A DNA stretch of 64,000 nt from Camelus dromedarius (lineage: Eukaryota). Positions within the stretch are counted from its first letter, which is position 1. Each line of letters begins with the position of its first letter. The stretch is taken from the NCBI RefSeq assembly GCF_036321535.1, contig NC_087472.1, positions 95,730,001 to 95,794,000 of the forward strand, given 5' to 3'. Under the pieces are notes generated by a model. The model saw only the letters and a program-made list of their open reading frames with translations, made no database searches and was not told where the DNA came from. Positions 37,040 to 51,299 of this stretch are shown here, one piece after another. The position numbers were made by a program, and so were the translations under genes.

Positions 37040-37800
37040 TTTATTTTTTAATAGTTATAGACTTACAGTCATGTTGCAAAGAGTACAGAGAGTCACCCTA
37101 AACTCTTCACCCAGATTCTCTTACTGTTAATACTTTGCATTACCGTAATTCAGTTATCAAAACTAAGAAATGTACACTGATATATTACTATTAACTAATT
37201 TATAGATTTTCTTTGGATTTGACTAGTTTGTCCACTAAAGTCCTTTTTCTGATCCAGGATCTAATCCAGGAAACCATGTAGCACTTAGTCATCATGTCTC
37301 CTTAGTCTCTGCCACTCTGTGACAGTTCCTGTCTTCCCTTGCCTTCCATGTCCTTGACATTTTTGCAATGTATGGGTCAACTATTTTGTAATGTCCCTCA
37401 AGTTGTGTTTGCCTGATGTTTTTTTCATGATCAGATTGAGGTTAGGCATTTTTGGCAAGAATACCACAGAAGTGATGTGTTCTTCTTTACACATCATATC
37501 AGGTGTGAATGATGTCAAATGTGTCTTTTTGGCAATGTAAGCTTCAACCACTTGGTTACTTTCTCCACTCTAAAGATACCATTTTTCTTTAATAATCAAT
37601 AAATATCTTATGCAGAGACACTTTGAGACCATGCAAATATCCTGCTTCTCATCATGCTCTGTCCACTGACTTAAATAAGCATCCACTGATGATCCCTGCC
37701 CATAAGGATTCTTATAGGTGATGTTTGCCTAATGATGACTGTTTACCTCCTTTATTCCTTCTACATTTATCAACTGGAATTTCACCGCAAGGAAGAGCCA
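37040..37800 (-). mobile_element. Old L1 (L1MC-type) 3' UTR
   Basis: tcctttttctgatccaggatctaatccagga; atttttggcaagaataccacagaagtgatg. Confidence 0.8.
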
Positions 37801-39463
37801 TCTCTTCTCATTTGTCCATGAAACAACTAAGTCCAGTCTCCAGCCAAACCTCCAGCTGAATGCAGCCTTATGAGTCAACGCTGGAAAGCCAGCAGAAGAA
37901 CCACCTAACTGAGCCCAGCCCAGATTGCAAAATCCTGAGCAAAAAAAAAAAAAAAAAAAAATCACATGGCTGTTGCTTGAAAGCACTATGGTTTGGGGCT
38001 GTTGTTATGTAGCAATAACTAACCAGTATAGTGTCTTCAGTCAGATCCTCTCATACTCTGACACCCTGAAAAACACTTACTATGTTAGTGAATCTGTGGC
38101 CACCCTGGAACAGGGAGGAAGAGCAGAGCTTCAAGTTAAAAAAAATTACAGTAATGTAGACAGTACCATATTTGGTATATTCAGGTATCATAATAGAGTA
38201 GTGTCCTATTGCCACAGACAGAAAATTTGGAGGAAAACAGTGAACTTTCAAGGGCCCCAAGAAACCTACTTCACCTCCCCAAAATAAATTTTCCCACCCA
38301 CTAACAACTAACATTCCACCCGCTTGAATTCCTTTGCTTTGTTCATTTGATATTTATTGAGGCTTTGCCAGGTTCTAGGCATATAAAGACAGGATCCTGG
38401 ACTTTGATTCCAACTTTACAAGCACGGTGAGTGCTCACACTTCACCTGCTGTTAGTCATTTGCACCTTCAGGAGAGATCAGGACCCGAGGACAAGTGTGG
38501 CCATCGAGAACAGGAGAGAGACCTTGAGCACACAGATTTCTTGGCTGGGAGAATCTAGAGCCAAGTGACCTGGAAATGGAGGGCTGATACATTTCCTTGC
38601 TCTGCTAAGGGCTGTTCCAGAAAGCCTTGTAAGCCAATTTAGTCATTTGTCCCAGAGGGGCTGGTGAGCCTGTGAATCCAGCCTATCTTGAGTGACATGA
38701 ATAGAAGAAAAAGAAATAAATTTTCATAGAATATTGAGAAAAGAAAAGGGGTAAAAAGTTACTTTTTGTTCCCCTTATTACAATGACTTTGAGATAGTTT
38801 CCCCTCCTTGAAAAAATCATCTTGAGACCGTCTTTCCCTTAAAACTAAGGTTCCACTGAAGAACAACTTATGAAGCATCAACAATAAAAATAACAACATC
38901 AGCAATATGACTAATGATAATTACAATGATGAATTTTTATTGAGCATCTACAATCGTGCATTTGGTTCTAAATGCTTGACTAGCCCAGTGTTTAGAGATA
39001 GAAGCCATGGAGGAGGACACCAAGAGCTATGCGTAAATGGAAGTGCGCTAGATACCTCAAGAGAGGGCAACAACCTTAAAAGTGTCATTTGATTCACACT
39101 TCCGTTGCAGGATGTTTGGACATGCCTTCCATTTGTTGGATGCATAATGTAAAAATAATGTTAACACAGCAGTAACAAGAGTAACTGTTGCCTTTTCTTA
39201 AACACCCACTTACTCAAAAGCCAAAGAAATGGCTTCATTTTACTCTCACAGCAACCTCTTTTCCACAACAACCTTTAGAGGGTGCTACAATGCTCCTCAT
39301 TTTACAAATGAAGAAGCTCAGCAGAGTCCTGGGGCTAGTAAATAATGGTGTCAGTGTTGGAGCCCAACTGTCTACATCTTGTCCCTTCTCTGACCTGTGT
39401 CTTTCTATACATCAAATGGCCTAAAATCAGTGCTATTAAATAGAACAATCTAAAATAGGGATC

Positions 39464-39553
39464 TTTTTTTTTTTTAATGGAGGTACTGGGGACTGAACCC
39501 AGGACTTCAAGCATGCTAAGCATATGCTCTACCACTGAGCTATATTCACCCCA
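39464..39553 (-). mobile_element. Camelid tRNA-derived SINE (Vic-1 type, short)
   Basis: T tail then aatggaggtactggggactgaacccagg...ctaccactgagctata. Confidence 0.9.
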
Positions 39554-41249
39554 CTAAAGTAGAAATTTTTAATCTGAGGACATAATTTCAAGGGGTATGT
39601 GAACCCCTGAAATTAAATGTCTGAAATACACATACATACACATACACATAGACACACACACCTTTGGGGGCTATCTATTGCTTTTAGTCTTCAAGGAGTT
39701 GTTGAGTCCAAATAAGACTAAAACTCTAATTAAAAAGAAGTCCACACTAAAAGATAAAATACCCTACTTCAAACTAGCTATGAACAGATCAAGGCAGGAA
39801 AGGCCCCAATATGTATGGTGATGGCTGTTTCCCTGCACCTGGCTCTCAAACTCATTGCACCCAGAAAGAGCCCATTTCTTTATCCACATTATATCCTCAC
39901 ACAAAGCCCAGCTGGGTTTTCTGAGAATGGAGTTAAACAAGCTTTGCAGCAATTACAGGGCACCCCATGCAGTGCCTTGTCCAGCAGAACATCCAGGTGA
40001 CCCCAGCATCTCAGTGAGCAGCCGCCTGGAGTTCACCCTGTTTAGGAATAGAAGTACGAAGGGATGGCTGCTGTAGGTCTCTTGCCGGCTTATTTTTCTA
40101 CAGACATGGACTGGATTCTGATTCTGGTCCAAATAGAAATTAGGTCGGTTATTCCGTTTCTGAAAACCTGGCAGGAATACCTTTCTTTAAACACGCTCAT
40201 TAGGCAAACTGAGTATTTTCCAAATAGGAATTAGAGAGAGATTTCCAACTCTCATGCGAGCCCATGGCTTGAATCTTGCTTTTCAATCTTGTTGCAGAAT
40301 GGTCCGCTGGTCACCCACAGTCACTGCTCTCTCCATTCCATACTCCCTAGAAGATGTTTGCTCACAATTTTGGAAGAACTCAAGTTCTTGTTGGAAAATT
40401 CTTCATCTCAGTGGAAAAGAGAAATGCTAGACCTTTAATGGCAAGGAAAAAAAAAGGAAGGGGCTTGTTGTGTCTTTATTTAGTCAAAGCAAGGAAGAGA
40501 GAGCCTGATCTCAAGATACCAGCTCAGCTCCTCTCTTGCTTGGCCAAGTGGCAGTGTGAGCAGTGAGATACAGGTAGGCTTGTGTATTGCCCATGGAAGG
40601 ATGATTTAGCCAGCCCTGCTCAGACTCATCATTATGTCATCCTCTTAAATGGTAGATGCACCTCCTCCAAATGCAGGCTTGTGATGACAGTGCATGGGTA
40701 GCATGGAGAGATGGGCATTCATGTTCCTCCTGAGAACTGAAATTCCAAATTTCAGATAAGAGGGCACAGAGGAAATCACTATGCTCACCTTCTACATTTT
40801 TTTCCACTTGCCTGGCTGTTTACTATCTTTACACAGACCTAGCATGGCAGTGAGCGGTAGTAAGGGGCTTGCTAAATCCATGATGCTTGAGTAACTTATA
40901 GTCTACTACGTAAATTACTTCAAGCTATTCATCTTTGTGTTCAAGCTATTCTAAATCTTAGTGGTCTTAAATATACTTTTAAAATTAAAACTCGTATTGA
41001 GTCCTTTACTTCACCTCAGATTAGCTAAACTGTGGGGGAAAGGTACCAATCGCATTCCACTAACCTTGAGGCCTTTCTCTAACGAAAGCCTTCTATGGTA
41101 ATTTGAATTGAATTATTGTTCCTAACTTTTTTTTTTAATTGACGTTAGTTGATTTACAATGTTAGTTTCAGGTGTATAGCAAAGCAATTCAGTTTTATAC
41201 ATACATACATATCTATTTTTTCTTTTCAGATTTTTTTCCAGTATGTATC

Positions 41250-41690
41250 TTCATTCCCATCCTGTAATAGCATTATAAATCCATATCCTTTGCCATTTGG
41301 CTTTGCAATAGAGTTTGCAAAGTAAACATCTTCACCCAATTGGCTTTAGGCCTAGCCTTGTAATCTGCTTTCACCAATAGAATATGGGTAGAAGTGACAG
41401 TGTGTCTGTTATAAGCAGAAGTTTTAATAGGTATGGCAAGCTTTTATCAGCAATTTTTGTGCTTCTGTCATTTACCACAGCAAAAGCATGTCTCAGACAA
41501 CTATTGTTCCTCAGCCTGGGTCCCATGGACATGGAGCAGACCTGATTTAGGCCCAAAACATGGATGCAAACCAGCTGAGCCTAGCACAAAGCCAAGCCAA
41601 CCAGCAGACCCATGGACAATAGATAAAGGAGTATTTTTGTTACCTACTAAAATATCAGGGTAGTTTGTTACTGCAGCTAAAGCTAATACA
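41250..41690 (+). mobile_element. MaLR LTR (old MLT1), preceded by an antisense L1 tail at about 41125-41245
   Basis: tgctttcaccaatagaatatgggtagaagtgacagtgtg; cctcagcctgggtccc; tttgttactgcagc...gctaataca. Confidence 0.7.
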
Positions 41691-43625
41691 TCTTCCAAAT
41701 CCAGTGCAGCACCAGGTGGTTCTGTAACTTATAAACCTCAAGACTTCATAAAGGTGTGGGACATTCATCCAGCTCTATTCTTAACATACAAACAACCAAA
41801 AAGAAGCACCCTCATCAAAATACCCGAATCTATGTCAGTTCATTCAAGAACAGCATTCTATTTCTCCCTATAAAACTGTACGAGAAGTATCTCCAGCAGT
41901 CATTTCAGAATTGTTAGCCTAAATTTTTCTTCTTTAAACCTATATAGGAAGGAAAGCTGACAAGTTTTATTTCTTGACACACTTCGACACACTCTATTGT
42001 TTGGGGTAGTTTAGAATCTCCAACACTGAGGCTTACTAGTCTTTTATTTACCCTCTCTATACATAAGAAATATATATGGCTATTATAGTCAGTCTTGAAA
42101 TAAGTATACAGTGTAAGGATACTATATGTTACCAGTAAGCCAAAGGAAGACAAAGAAATGAAGGAAAAACAATAAATGACTGAAGCCTCCAATTGTAGAT
42201 GATGTGGTGACACTAGAAATGAAGCAGAGAATGCCAGATTGTAATGTCAGGTTCTCAGAGCCTTCTTAAGTCCATCTGTTCTTCATAATATTAACCTGTC
42301 ATCTTATTTCTCAATCTCTGAATTTCCCCCCTTTTTCCCTTTTTTGTTTCTGTTTCTTTTATACAAGCCTGAATAATGTTGAGCTGCTTTCACCCTAAGA
42401 ACTGTGAATTGCTGGGTTCTGTTTAGTTCCTGGTATAACTGGAAACAACTGAATTTGAATAGCAATTTGGTTTTCACATCTTTTATTTATTAACGTTCTT
42501 CAAAATATAGAATGTAAAAGGGTAAAAACAGTTTTACATAATATAGAGAATGTCAAGAACAGAAAAAATGAGGACAAAGAAAAAAACAAAAATCGAATAA
42601 AAATGAGTTTAGTTCTATCTAGAGAGTTTCAGTTTTTACATGTTTGTAGTAATGTATATTTCTCATTGAAACAGCGCTAATCCATAAATATTACAGCTTT
42701 AGGGTTTATCCATTTACCAGTGATTATGTAACAAATGTTCAGAAAGAGGTAAAGCATTTGCTTTAGTCTCCTATTAAAATGTAAGGAAAGCAAAGAAGTT
42801 GATATGACCTGCTGAAGTCCATATATAAATGGTTGGGCATCACCATATGTGAAACTAATATTTGCTCTGATCCTGGCAGACACAGGTGTGTCCAATTTGT
42901 TATAAGTACACTTTTCTGTATATACAGCATACTTTAATAAAAAGGGCTTTTTAAATTAAACTGGAGAAAAATAAGAAACTAACACCTGGTCATTTTCTTC
43001 CCTGGGATTTGATGGTAAATGTACTTACAAACTAGTTAGACAGCGGTCAAAACCAAGGAGAGAATTAGCGAAAAAAAAGAATGCAGAAAGTTTAATAATC
43101 CACTAATTAGAAAATCCTTCCTGTATTATACAGTACCCTCCTGTGTATAAATGGATGGAGAGAGTGGTGTGTATTGTCCAAGGCATGCACGATCTTTGCC
43201 ATCTCTTACAGGATTTGGAAACCTTCAAGTGGCTCTTTCCTCCTACAATCCTAGTTACACTTCTTGATTCAGGGACCAGCCTCTCAAGTCAAGGTGCAAG
43301 GGTTGAAGTAGCAGCTTGGCTACTTCCTAGTTATACAACCTTGGGCAGGTATTTAACTGTTGGTATCTCAGTTTAGTCATCTATAAAATGAGGATGATAA
43401 TAGTATCTACTTTCTGGGATTATTACAAAGAAGTACACACCTGGTACCTAGGAAGTGCTCAACTACTACTGAAACTTATATGGTGATAGTTCAATATATA
43501 AGACAGGAATAATTGAGAGAAAAAGAAATAGCACATAATTCTGCCCAAATTTCTTTTTCCATAAATTTTTTTTAAATGGTTGAAGTGTTCATGAGGAAAG
43601 TGTACTGATGTTTGCAACCTACTTT

Positions 43626-43907
43626 TTTTTTGTTTGAAGTATAGTCAGTTACAATGTGTCAATTTCTCATATACAACACAATGTCCCAGTCATGCATATA
43701 TATACATATATTTTCATATTATTTTTCATTAAAGGTTATTACAAGATATTGAATACAGGTCCTTGTGCTATACAGAAGAAACTTGCTTTTCTTCTTTTAA
43801 ACTATTTTTATATATAGTGGCTAACATTCGCAAATTTCAAACTCCCAAATTTATCCCTTCCACCTCCTTTCCCCAGTAACCATAAGACTGTTTACTATGT
43901 CTGTGAG
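43626..43907 (-). mobile_element. Young L1 3' end nested in an old L1 3' UTR (about 43565-44105, + strand)
   Basis: TSD tgcaac(c/g)tacttt at 43613-43625 and 43908-43920. Confidence 0.9.
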
Positions 43908-45344
43908 TGCAACGTACTTTAAAATGCACCCAAAAATAAGCTAAATTGACAGGTGGATAGCAGGATCAATAGATTGATAGATATGTGATCAAACAAATAC
44001 ACCAAAATATTCATTGCAGAAGCTAAGTGATGGGTATGTGGCTGTTTACAGCACAATTTTTCTGTATATAAATGTTGGAAAAACAAAAAAAAAGTCTGAA
44101 AAAAGTAAATGGGATAAATATTTAAATTCTGCATAATTATTAAGTATAAGCAGAGACCTTGTACAACATCAAGTTAAATATAAACACATTATGGATTTTT
44201 TCTTCTCTTTCTAAACTTCAGTGTTGAACTTCAGTTTTACTTTCTAATTTCAGAAAAAAACTTTGCTTTCACCCTAAATTCTTCTATCTTGTCAGATGTC
44301 CTAATGAATGCTTCTTTCTCATTCTGTTTATGAGCAGATTTTGTGTTCAAAGACTTCTTGCTACACAATGTGATAAGAACCGTGAAGCCCACCTGGCTTA
44401 TTTTACCCTAAGAAAGTAAGAGGAGGTATGTGGGGCCTCTTCTCTCTTTTACCAACCCAATAGGTATGATCCAGTCATCCCAGAGTGCTAAGTTATCTGT
44501 ATTTTATGCATCCTTTAAATGAGGCAAATTCTGAGGTTATTTAATTCTAAGAATGCATTAATTCTCCAGTAAGAAATGTGATTTCCTTTGCTCAAAATTC
44601 TATCATCATTATCTCTTTTTGTAAAGATCTGCTTATTTGGCCCATTATTATCTGAATCAACAAAAGGAGAGAAATCTCTGGCAGACACACTGGTCTGCCT
44701 TCCCCACAGCCCTCCCCCACCTTCTTCCTTGCTTATCAGCTCATAATACTATCTACAGGCCGAAAATTAAAATGGAGGCCTGGTGGAACCCAAGTGCATT
44801 GTACTGGACTTCCCATTTCTCCTAGTTAAAATAAAGTGATTGAAACCTGAAAATGCATAATAATCTATGTCAGTTGTGGATGCTGTGGCACTTGCAAAAC
44901 CTGTCCATAAATTCTTTGACTGTCCTCTCATTGAAAGATAGGATCTATGTTCAAGATTTGAAAGAGAGGCTGAGAAAATGTATCTCTGGTTTACCAACAT
45001 CTATATTATAAGAAATCTACAAGGAATACAAGGTTAGGAATGGCTTTCAGGTAGTCAAAGAAAGCAGTCTGCTACAAATATCTTTATAATAAATACAAAA
45101 TCAAATGACTATCTTATTGCTAAAGAGATAAGAAAGAATCTAGATTTATTTTGCTGCCAGATGATCATTTTGAGGGCTAGTAATTTATCAACATCTGAAA
45201 GCAATTTCTAGTCACTGAAATAAAATTATTTCAGTACAAATAATGTAATTAATCTTACTTTTACTTTACATAATTCTTGACTTTTTAGTTGTGATGCTTT
45301 AACAATAATGCCTCACCCTACCTATATTTCTTTTGTTTTTCTCT

Positions 45345-45920
45345 TTGTTTAAATTGAGGTATAACACACATACAGTATACAATGTGCTCTAATTTCAAGT
45401 GTGCAGCTCAATAAATTTTGACATATGTACACACTGGTGTCACCACCACCAGACCAAGATCTAGAGTATTTCCAGCACCCAAATCCTCCCTCATGCCCCC
45501 TTTTCAGGCAATACACATCCTCAAAGATAACCACTATTCTGACTTCTACCACCATGTATTAGTTTTGCCTGTTCTTGAACTTTATAATAATGATTTATAC
45601 AGTATGTACTCTTATGCAGCTGCCTCTTCCATAATGCCTGTGAGAAGCAGTAGGGACTTTGTGTTTATTCACTTGTTTTCTTGTTTATTTTTGGCTGACT
45701 ACTAGTTCATTGTGTGTACATATCATAAGTTATTTCTCCATTTTCCTATTGATGAGCATTTCAGTTTCCAATTTGGGACTATTACGAAAAGGCTGCTATA
45801 AACATTCTTACAACGCATGTCTTTTAACGAATGCGCACTCCTTTCCTTTGGGTTTACACCTAGAGGAGGGATTTCTGGGTCAAAGGGTGTGGCTATGCTC
45901 AGCTTTAGAAAATATTGCTG
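45345..45920 (-). mobile_element. Old L1ME-type 3' region
   Basis: aattgaggtataac...ataaccactattctgacttcta...gctgctataaacattc. Confidence 0.8.
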
Positions 45921-46810
45921 AACCACTTGGCAAAGTTGCTCTATTCCCCCTACTTGCTAGCAGCTTCCAAGGGAAGGCATCGATAGTCTACCCGATGCTA
46001 CCTCTTCTCCCCAGTCTAGTACCTTTAAAGAGAAGTCTAACAACACACCATCTTTCCTCTGTGACTGGCCCCACATTGTCTTTTCAGCCTTTCTCTGTTG
46101 CTCTAACTACGAAGGCCAGATTAAGGTGAATATTTAGGCTCTCCCATGACCTAATGAAATATAAGCAGGTAAAGGCAAATGATTTTTAGGTCCATTTTAA
46201 TTCTGTCTCATTTCATAAACTTGAGTAACTCCTTTTTTTTCCCCTTTGGTACATACATGCCTTTGTGGTTTAAAGAAACGAGTGCAACTAAACTATGGGC
46301 ACGTTGTGAAAATAAATGAGTAAAGTTCTTTAGGCTTTCTGGGGACAGGAAGGAGGATGGGAGGAAACTGTTACAGAAATGTAATCATTATTGTAATCGG
46401 CCTGCAGTGCTATGAATAAGTCATAATTATTTCACAATCTGAGTTAATGCTGTGATGCCTTCTCTTGTCATGTCAACATGTGTGTGTACATTTCAAGAAG
46501 ACCATTAGAGCTGCTCCAGTACTGAACACCCCAAGCCTCCACTGCACATGCGTGTTGACCTCACATTCCAGGAAAATGTTCAATATCTTCAGGACTATGG
46601 AGGCATTTTTACCCATAATGGTCTCACCTTTCCCTATTCAAATCATTATTGATTTTTTTTTTGCATGGAAACCACCATAGCATTCAACCGTAATAATGAC
46701 CTATTTATATTGCATTGGATGGGGGCCTATTTCTAACTTGTGCGTATAGATGTTGCCAACCTCATCTTCATTCCATTCTTGTGAGTTGTCAGAGAATATT
46801 CCCCTTCACA

Positions 46811-46897
46811 GAAAAGAAAAGAAAAGAAAAGAAAAGAAAAGAAAAGAAAAGAAAAGAAAAGAAAAGAAAAGGACAGACAAGACAAGACAAGACAAAA
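46811..46897. repeat. (GAAAA)12 followed by (GACAA)n
   Basis: Direct reading; source of the KRKEK ORF. Confidence 0.97.
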
Positions 46898-47056
46898 CTG
46901 TAGAGATAAGATAATGAGAATGAAATTTAGAAAACTTCTGTATTCATGAAATGGTCCATATTAAGTGTGCTAAATTGGATGCCTGCAGTTTCATTCCGGA
47001 CCAGCTATTTTGTTGTTCTCAGAATTTTCTCTAAAACACATCAAGAGACAATGCTA

Positions 47057-47177
47057 TTGCATCAAAAAGAAAAAAATATATAGAAATAAACTCAACCAAG
47101 GAGGTTACCTATACTTTGAAAACTGTAAAACATTGATGAAGGAAATTAAAGATGATACAAAGAAATGGAAAAAAAAA
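47057..47177 (+). mobile_element. Short L1 ORF2-internal fragment with its own A tail
   Basis: YFENCKTLMKEIKDDTKKWK is an L1 ORF2 motif; TSD aagag(a/g)caatgcta at 47043-47056 and 47178-47191. Confidence 0.85.
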
Positions 47178-48114
47178 AAGAGGCAATGCTAAACCAAGGA
47201 TGTGTGTGGTGATTTCTGACAGATTAAGTGGTCCCTGGGGTCAAAGCTCAGGGTTCCCTCACATGCTCTATGTCTTCAGCACCAAGCTTCAGTTGACATG
47301 TGGTCCTTATTGGGCCCCAACCAATTAAATGAGATGCTCTGAAAGAGGGAAGACCTAGGCACTGGTGATTTTTCTCAAGCGCAGCCAGATTGGAGAGCCA
47401 CTGCCACCCAGCCTGTCTTGTACCACAGGCACCAAGAGGAAGGCAGCATCACCTAAATTGCGATAGCCACATTTAGAATACTGCCAATACGATCTGCTTG
47501 ATTCTTAAACGCACTGATCCAAAATTAGGGGGAAGTGAAATGCAAACTTTCACTGAAGCAAAAGATAAAAGAGGTTGAACGCTAACACATTTCACCAAAG
47601 CCATGCTTCATCTAAAGAAAGGAAGGAAGGAAACATAAGAAGGAGAATCAGGAAGACAGTGACAGTGTCAAGCAAGGCAACCAATCAGGGTGCTCATAGG
47701 AGACATAGTGGAAGCCCTTAGGGCTCGTCCCAATGTTCACCAATTTCTGAAGGTGCAGATATTTTGATGTGGGGAATGTGGAAGGGCTCAGAGAGAGTCT
47801 GCTCAACCAGAGCGTGGCCCCTGATCAGTATGGGACTGTGTGCCTTGAGAGATCAGCACAGCCTCCAACAAAGGAGTCTGTATGTGTGCGTGTGTTGATA
47901 CACTTTTTGAATAAAGGAGGGAAAGGGAGTTTCACACTCTAGTACCAGAGGCACCCCAGTCCCAGAGGGAGGAATCAGACATGGTAGAGAAACTGAGAAT
48001 GTCCTGGTAGCAGTTCTCCAGCCAGCCCCAGGGGACAGAGCCTGACCTCCACTCAAGAAGAGAGGTGCAAGAAAAAGCTGGAAGGACCATTTTAATTAAA
48101 GATGCTATGAGGCA

Positions 48115-48160
48115 AAAAATTTAATTTAATTTAATTTAATTTAATTTAATTTAATTTAAA
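48115..48160. repeat. (AATTT)n tract between 17-bp direct repeats
   Basis: aaagat(g/a)ctatgaggca at 48098-48114 and 48161-48177. Confidence 0.9.
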
Positions 48161-50240
48161 AAAGATACTATGAGGCATGACTTGGGAGATGCATAAGCAA
48201 TTCTCTGGTCTCCCTGGTGACAAGGCTCAACACAGAGCCGGGGAAAGGGGTGGCCGCCGTGCTCCGTAAAGCATCACCATGCCTCCCAAGGATGAGTGCC
48301 TCTGTGGACATAAAGAAAGTCCCCCTGGCATTCCCACAAGAGGCACCGGAGAAAGAACAGTGGCAACCAGAAGCATCATCAATCAGCATCAGGAGCAAAA
48401 GCCATCAACAAAGAGGACTTGAAGCACAAGAGAAACAATATGGTGATGCTGCACGATGGTCCGTCAGCACATGCGAGCCTCCTTCTATTGACTGACAAGT
48501 CCTTCTGGGGAGAAAGAGGCTTTGTGGAGGCTAGAAGTCCTTTATGATTGAGGAAATCTAGACTCCTACTGTTAATACAATTCCATCTGTATCCACTAGT
48601 AAGTGAGGCCCAGGGACACTCACAGTACAGTAATTTACGGTGCAATATTGAAAAGAAAATGGACCTGCCAAACATATAAGTATTCTTTTAACTTTTCACT
48701 TCTTTGGTGAATTAATAAAGACTTCTGAATAAAAGAAGGCTGTACAGCAAGGGGGGTCACAGTTCTGTAAAATTACTCAGAAAGGAATCAAATAAATTTT
48801 CCTGTGTATCTTAAGGAAATCAATTTTTCTCTTTCACCATAATACTGAAACTTCTGAATTGACTGGCAAATAAATCATAAAATCTTACCCCACCCAATGT
48901 CCATTAGCAAAGAAGAACATAATAAAATCAGAACAGAGTAGATGAGAAGAAAAAGGTAATCACATGCTTGAGCTCATTCCCAGCATTCCAGAAAGCTGAA
49001 TACTCCAGAACTGGAACAATGTGTAGAATAAGGAGTGAAAACACCCCAAGATCCAGATGCAGCAAATGGCTCCTGATAAATTCCTTATTTCTCATTGTTA
49101 GGATTTCAGTTCTCATAATGTAAGCCACCCACATTGGGATTTATTTGTTGCCCAAGCACACTGGTTTTTGCCTACACACATTTAAAAAAAAAGTGACTCC
49201 ACAGAGTGAATCCAGAGGGACTAATCAGCCCATAACAATGCTAGCAAACCACTGGAGGTCAGGCAGCAAATTCCAGACAGCGAACCTGATTCTCAAGGTC
49301 TTTGCTTAATAATGTCCACTAAATACAATTTAGACAAATGCATACATGTGGGGTTCTGAACAGGGCCATTCATGATAAAAAGTCAAAAATATTCCCCCAA
49401 CTTACTGAAGTTAAAAGGCCGGTAAGAACTCTTTTTTCCTCCCTTTTACTGTCTCCCACTTTGAGAATACAGATATTTTCAAATTTTTGGCACTTGGTCA
49501 TAGCAGAAGAAAGAAGTGTCCATTTCTCAAAAAAATTACAGTTATGAAAAGATAGAAATAAACAACCAAAGCTTAACTCAAACACTATGCTTAGGTGTCC
49601 AGACCATAGGACCACCTTATCGGCAAAACTACTTCATACCTGGTCACCAGCATGCCTTAATAATTAGAATCCTTCGGATTGAGGTCCAAGAAAGAATTCC
49701 ATACCCAATTCTATGTTCATATTCAGAGCACTAGAGAACTGCCAATTTGTTTCCCAAAACAAAGATAAGAGTCACCCAGGGGCTCTCCTTTCTAAAAGAA
49801 ATCATGCTTAGTAACCCCCAGGACATCATTTGTATCAGCCTAAACATTATTGCTATCCCATTGAGATTAATGTTAGGGAGAGCAGCAAACAGGAAGTCAC
49901 AGTAAAGCTTTGTCATTAGCTGGGTTTAGGTCCAAAATACTGATACAGAGCTCCCATGCCTAGGGCGGAGAGCACTGCTCTGAGGCTCAAGGGCCAAAAA
50001 GGGTCTCTCTCTGCCCCAAATCCAAATGTGAGACAAGAGAAAAAAAGAGATGGCCTGGCTTCCAATGCTATGGACTAGAAGGCAAGGCTCTGACCCATGG
50101 AAGGAGAATGCAGAAGAATGCCAGTGTGCTGCCCCAGCTTTGCAGAAGAAAAGTTCGAAGAAAGAGCCACATTTTTGTGTCTGACCCGTGAATACAAGGA
50201 CCCCAGAAGCTAGGATGCATGAAACAACCTGGCCAACCAT

Positions 50241-50390
50241 TTTTTTTGGAGGGTGGGGGAGGTAATTAGGTTTATTTAATTTATTTATTATTTTATTTAT
50301 TTGTTCATTTTAACGAAGGTATGGGGGTTGAACTCAGGATCTCATGTGTGCTATGCACACCCTCTACCACTGAGCTATACCCTCCCACCT
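50241..50390 (-). mobile_element. Camelid tRNA-derived SINE (Vic-1 type)
   Basis: ctaccactgagctataccctccc; TSD tggccaaccat at 50230-50240 and 50391-50401. Confidence 0.9.
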
Positions 50391-50549
50391 TGGCCAACCA
50401 TGAGGGTCTAGACAAGTCAAACATTTGCTTGTAGTAGGGTTTCCAAGCTATCAGTAAGGGAAAACACATGCAGTGTGTCGATGAGCACGCTGGTAGTGGG
50501 GGAAGTCTGCCTCTCAAGTTGACAGAGACATCTACAGGGGCTGGAGAAA

Positions 50550-50755
50550 TGGAGTTTAGCATCAGGGGTCCAATTCTGTGTTTCCCACTTACCAACTTTG
50601 TGACTTTGCTGAGTGACTTCTCCTGGGCCTCAATTTCATCATCTGTAAAATGAAGCTGGTAACAGCACCTACCTCATAAGGGTTAAATGAGTTAAAACAC
50701 TTAAAGCACAGAACAGTGACTGGTACATCTTAAATAGTCTGTGAGCTATTATTAT
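50550..50755 (+). mobile_element. MIR
   Basis: gggcctcaatttcatcatctgtaaaatg core. Confidence 0.75.
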
Positions 50756-51299
50756 TTACAACTTTCTTTGATGGTTTGAAATTATTACCTTTAAAGCCAG
50801 AAATGGATTACAGATTAAAAATGGGACATTAAAAAAAAAACAGTGATGGGGGCGATGAGATTGATTGGGCTGGAGAAGAAACAACAAAAAATAGCATATT
50901 GGAATCAAATGAATTTTTCTCTAGCAATTGACAGTACATAAAATGAAAATAATGTACCTAAAATGCTCTCACGATGTCATTTAAAGACAGAATAAAATGG
51001 TGGCTGAATTTGTTATAGGTGCTAAGCTTTTATCATGTTAAAACAGTGCACGAGTCATCAGCAGAGTTGAAGCAATGAAATTTTTCAAAATAGTTCTGCA
51101 GTCCTTGCCAAGTTACAACATCATTTTGAAACAACACACAGTGAGCATAAAAATAAGGCTCTTGGTTCTTTCAGCATAAATTAAACATCTTAATGTTATT
51201 GAAAAATTATGCAAACAAAATTTAAATCTGATTATATAAGTACACATAGGATCTTTCAAAGCAAGATGCTACAACGCACCTAGAGAAATGCTTACTAGA

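Noticed and set aside
39840..40070. Strong minus-strand acceptor at 40038
   Set aside because: No matching consensus donor nearby, and the frames close quickly.
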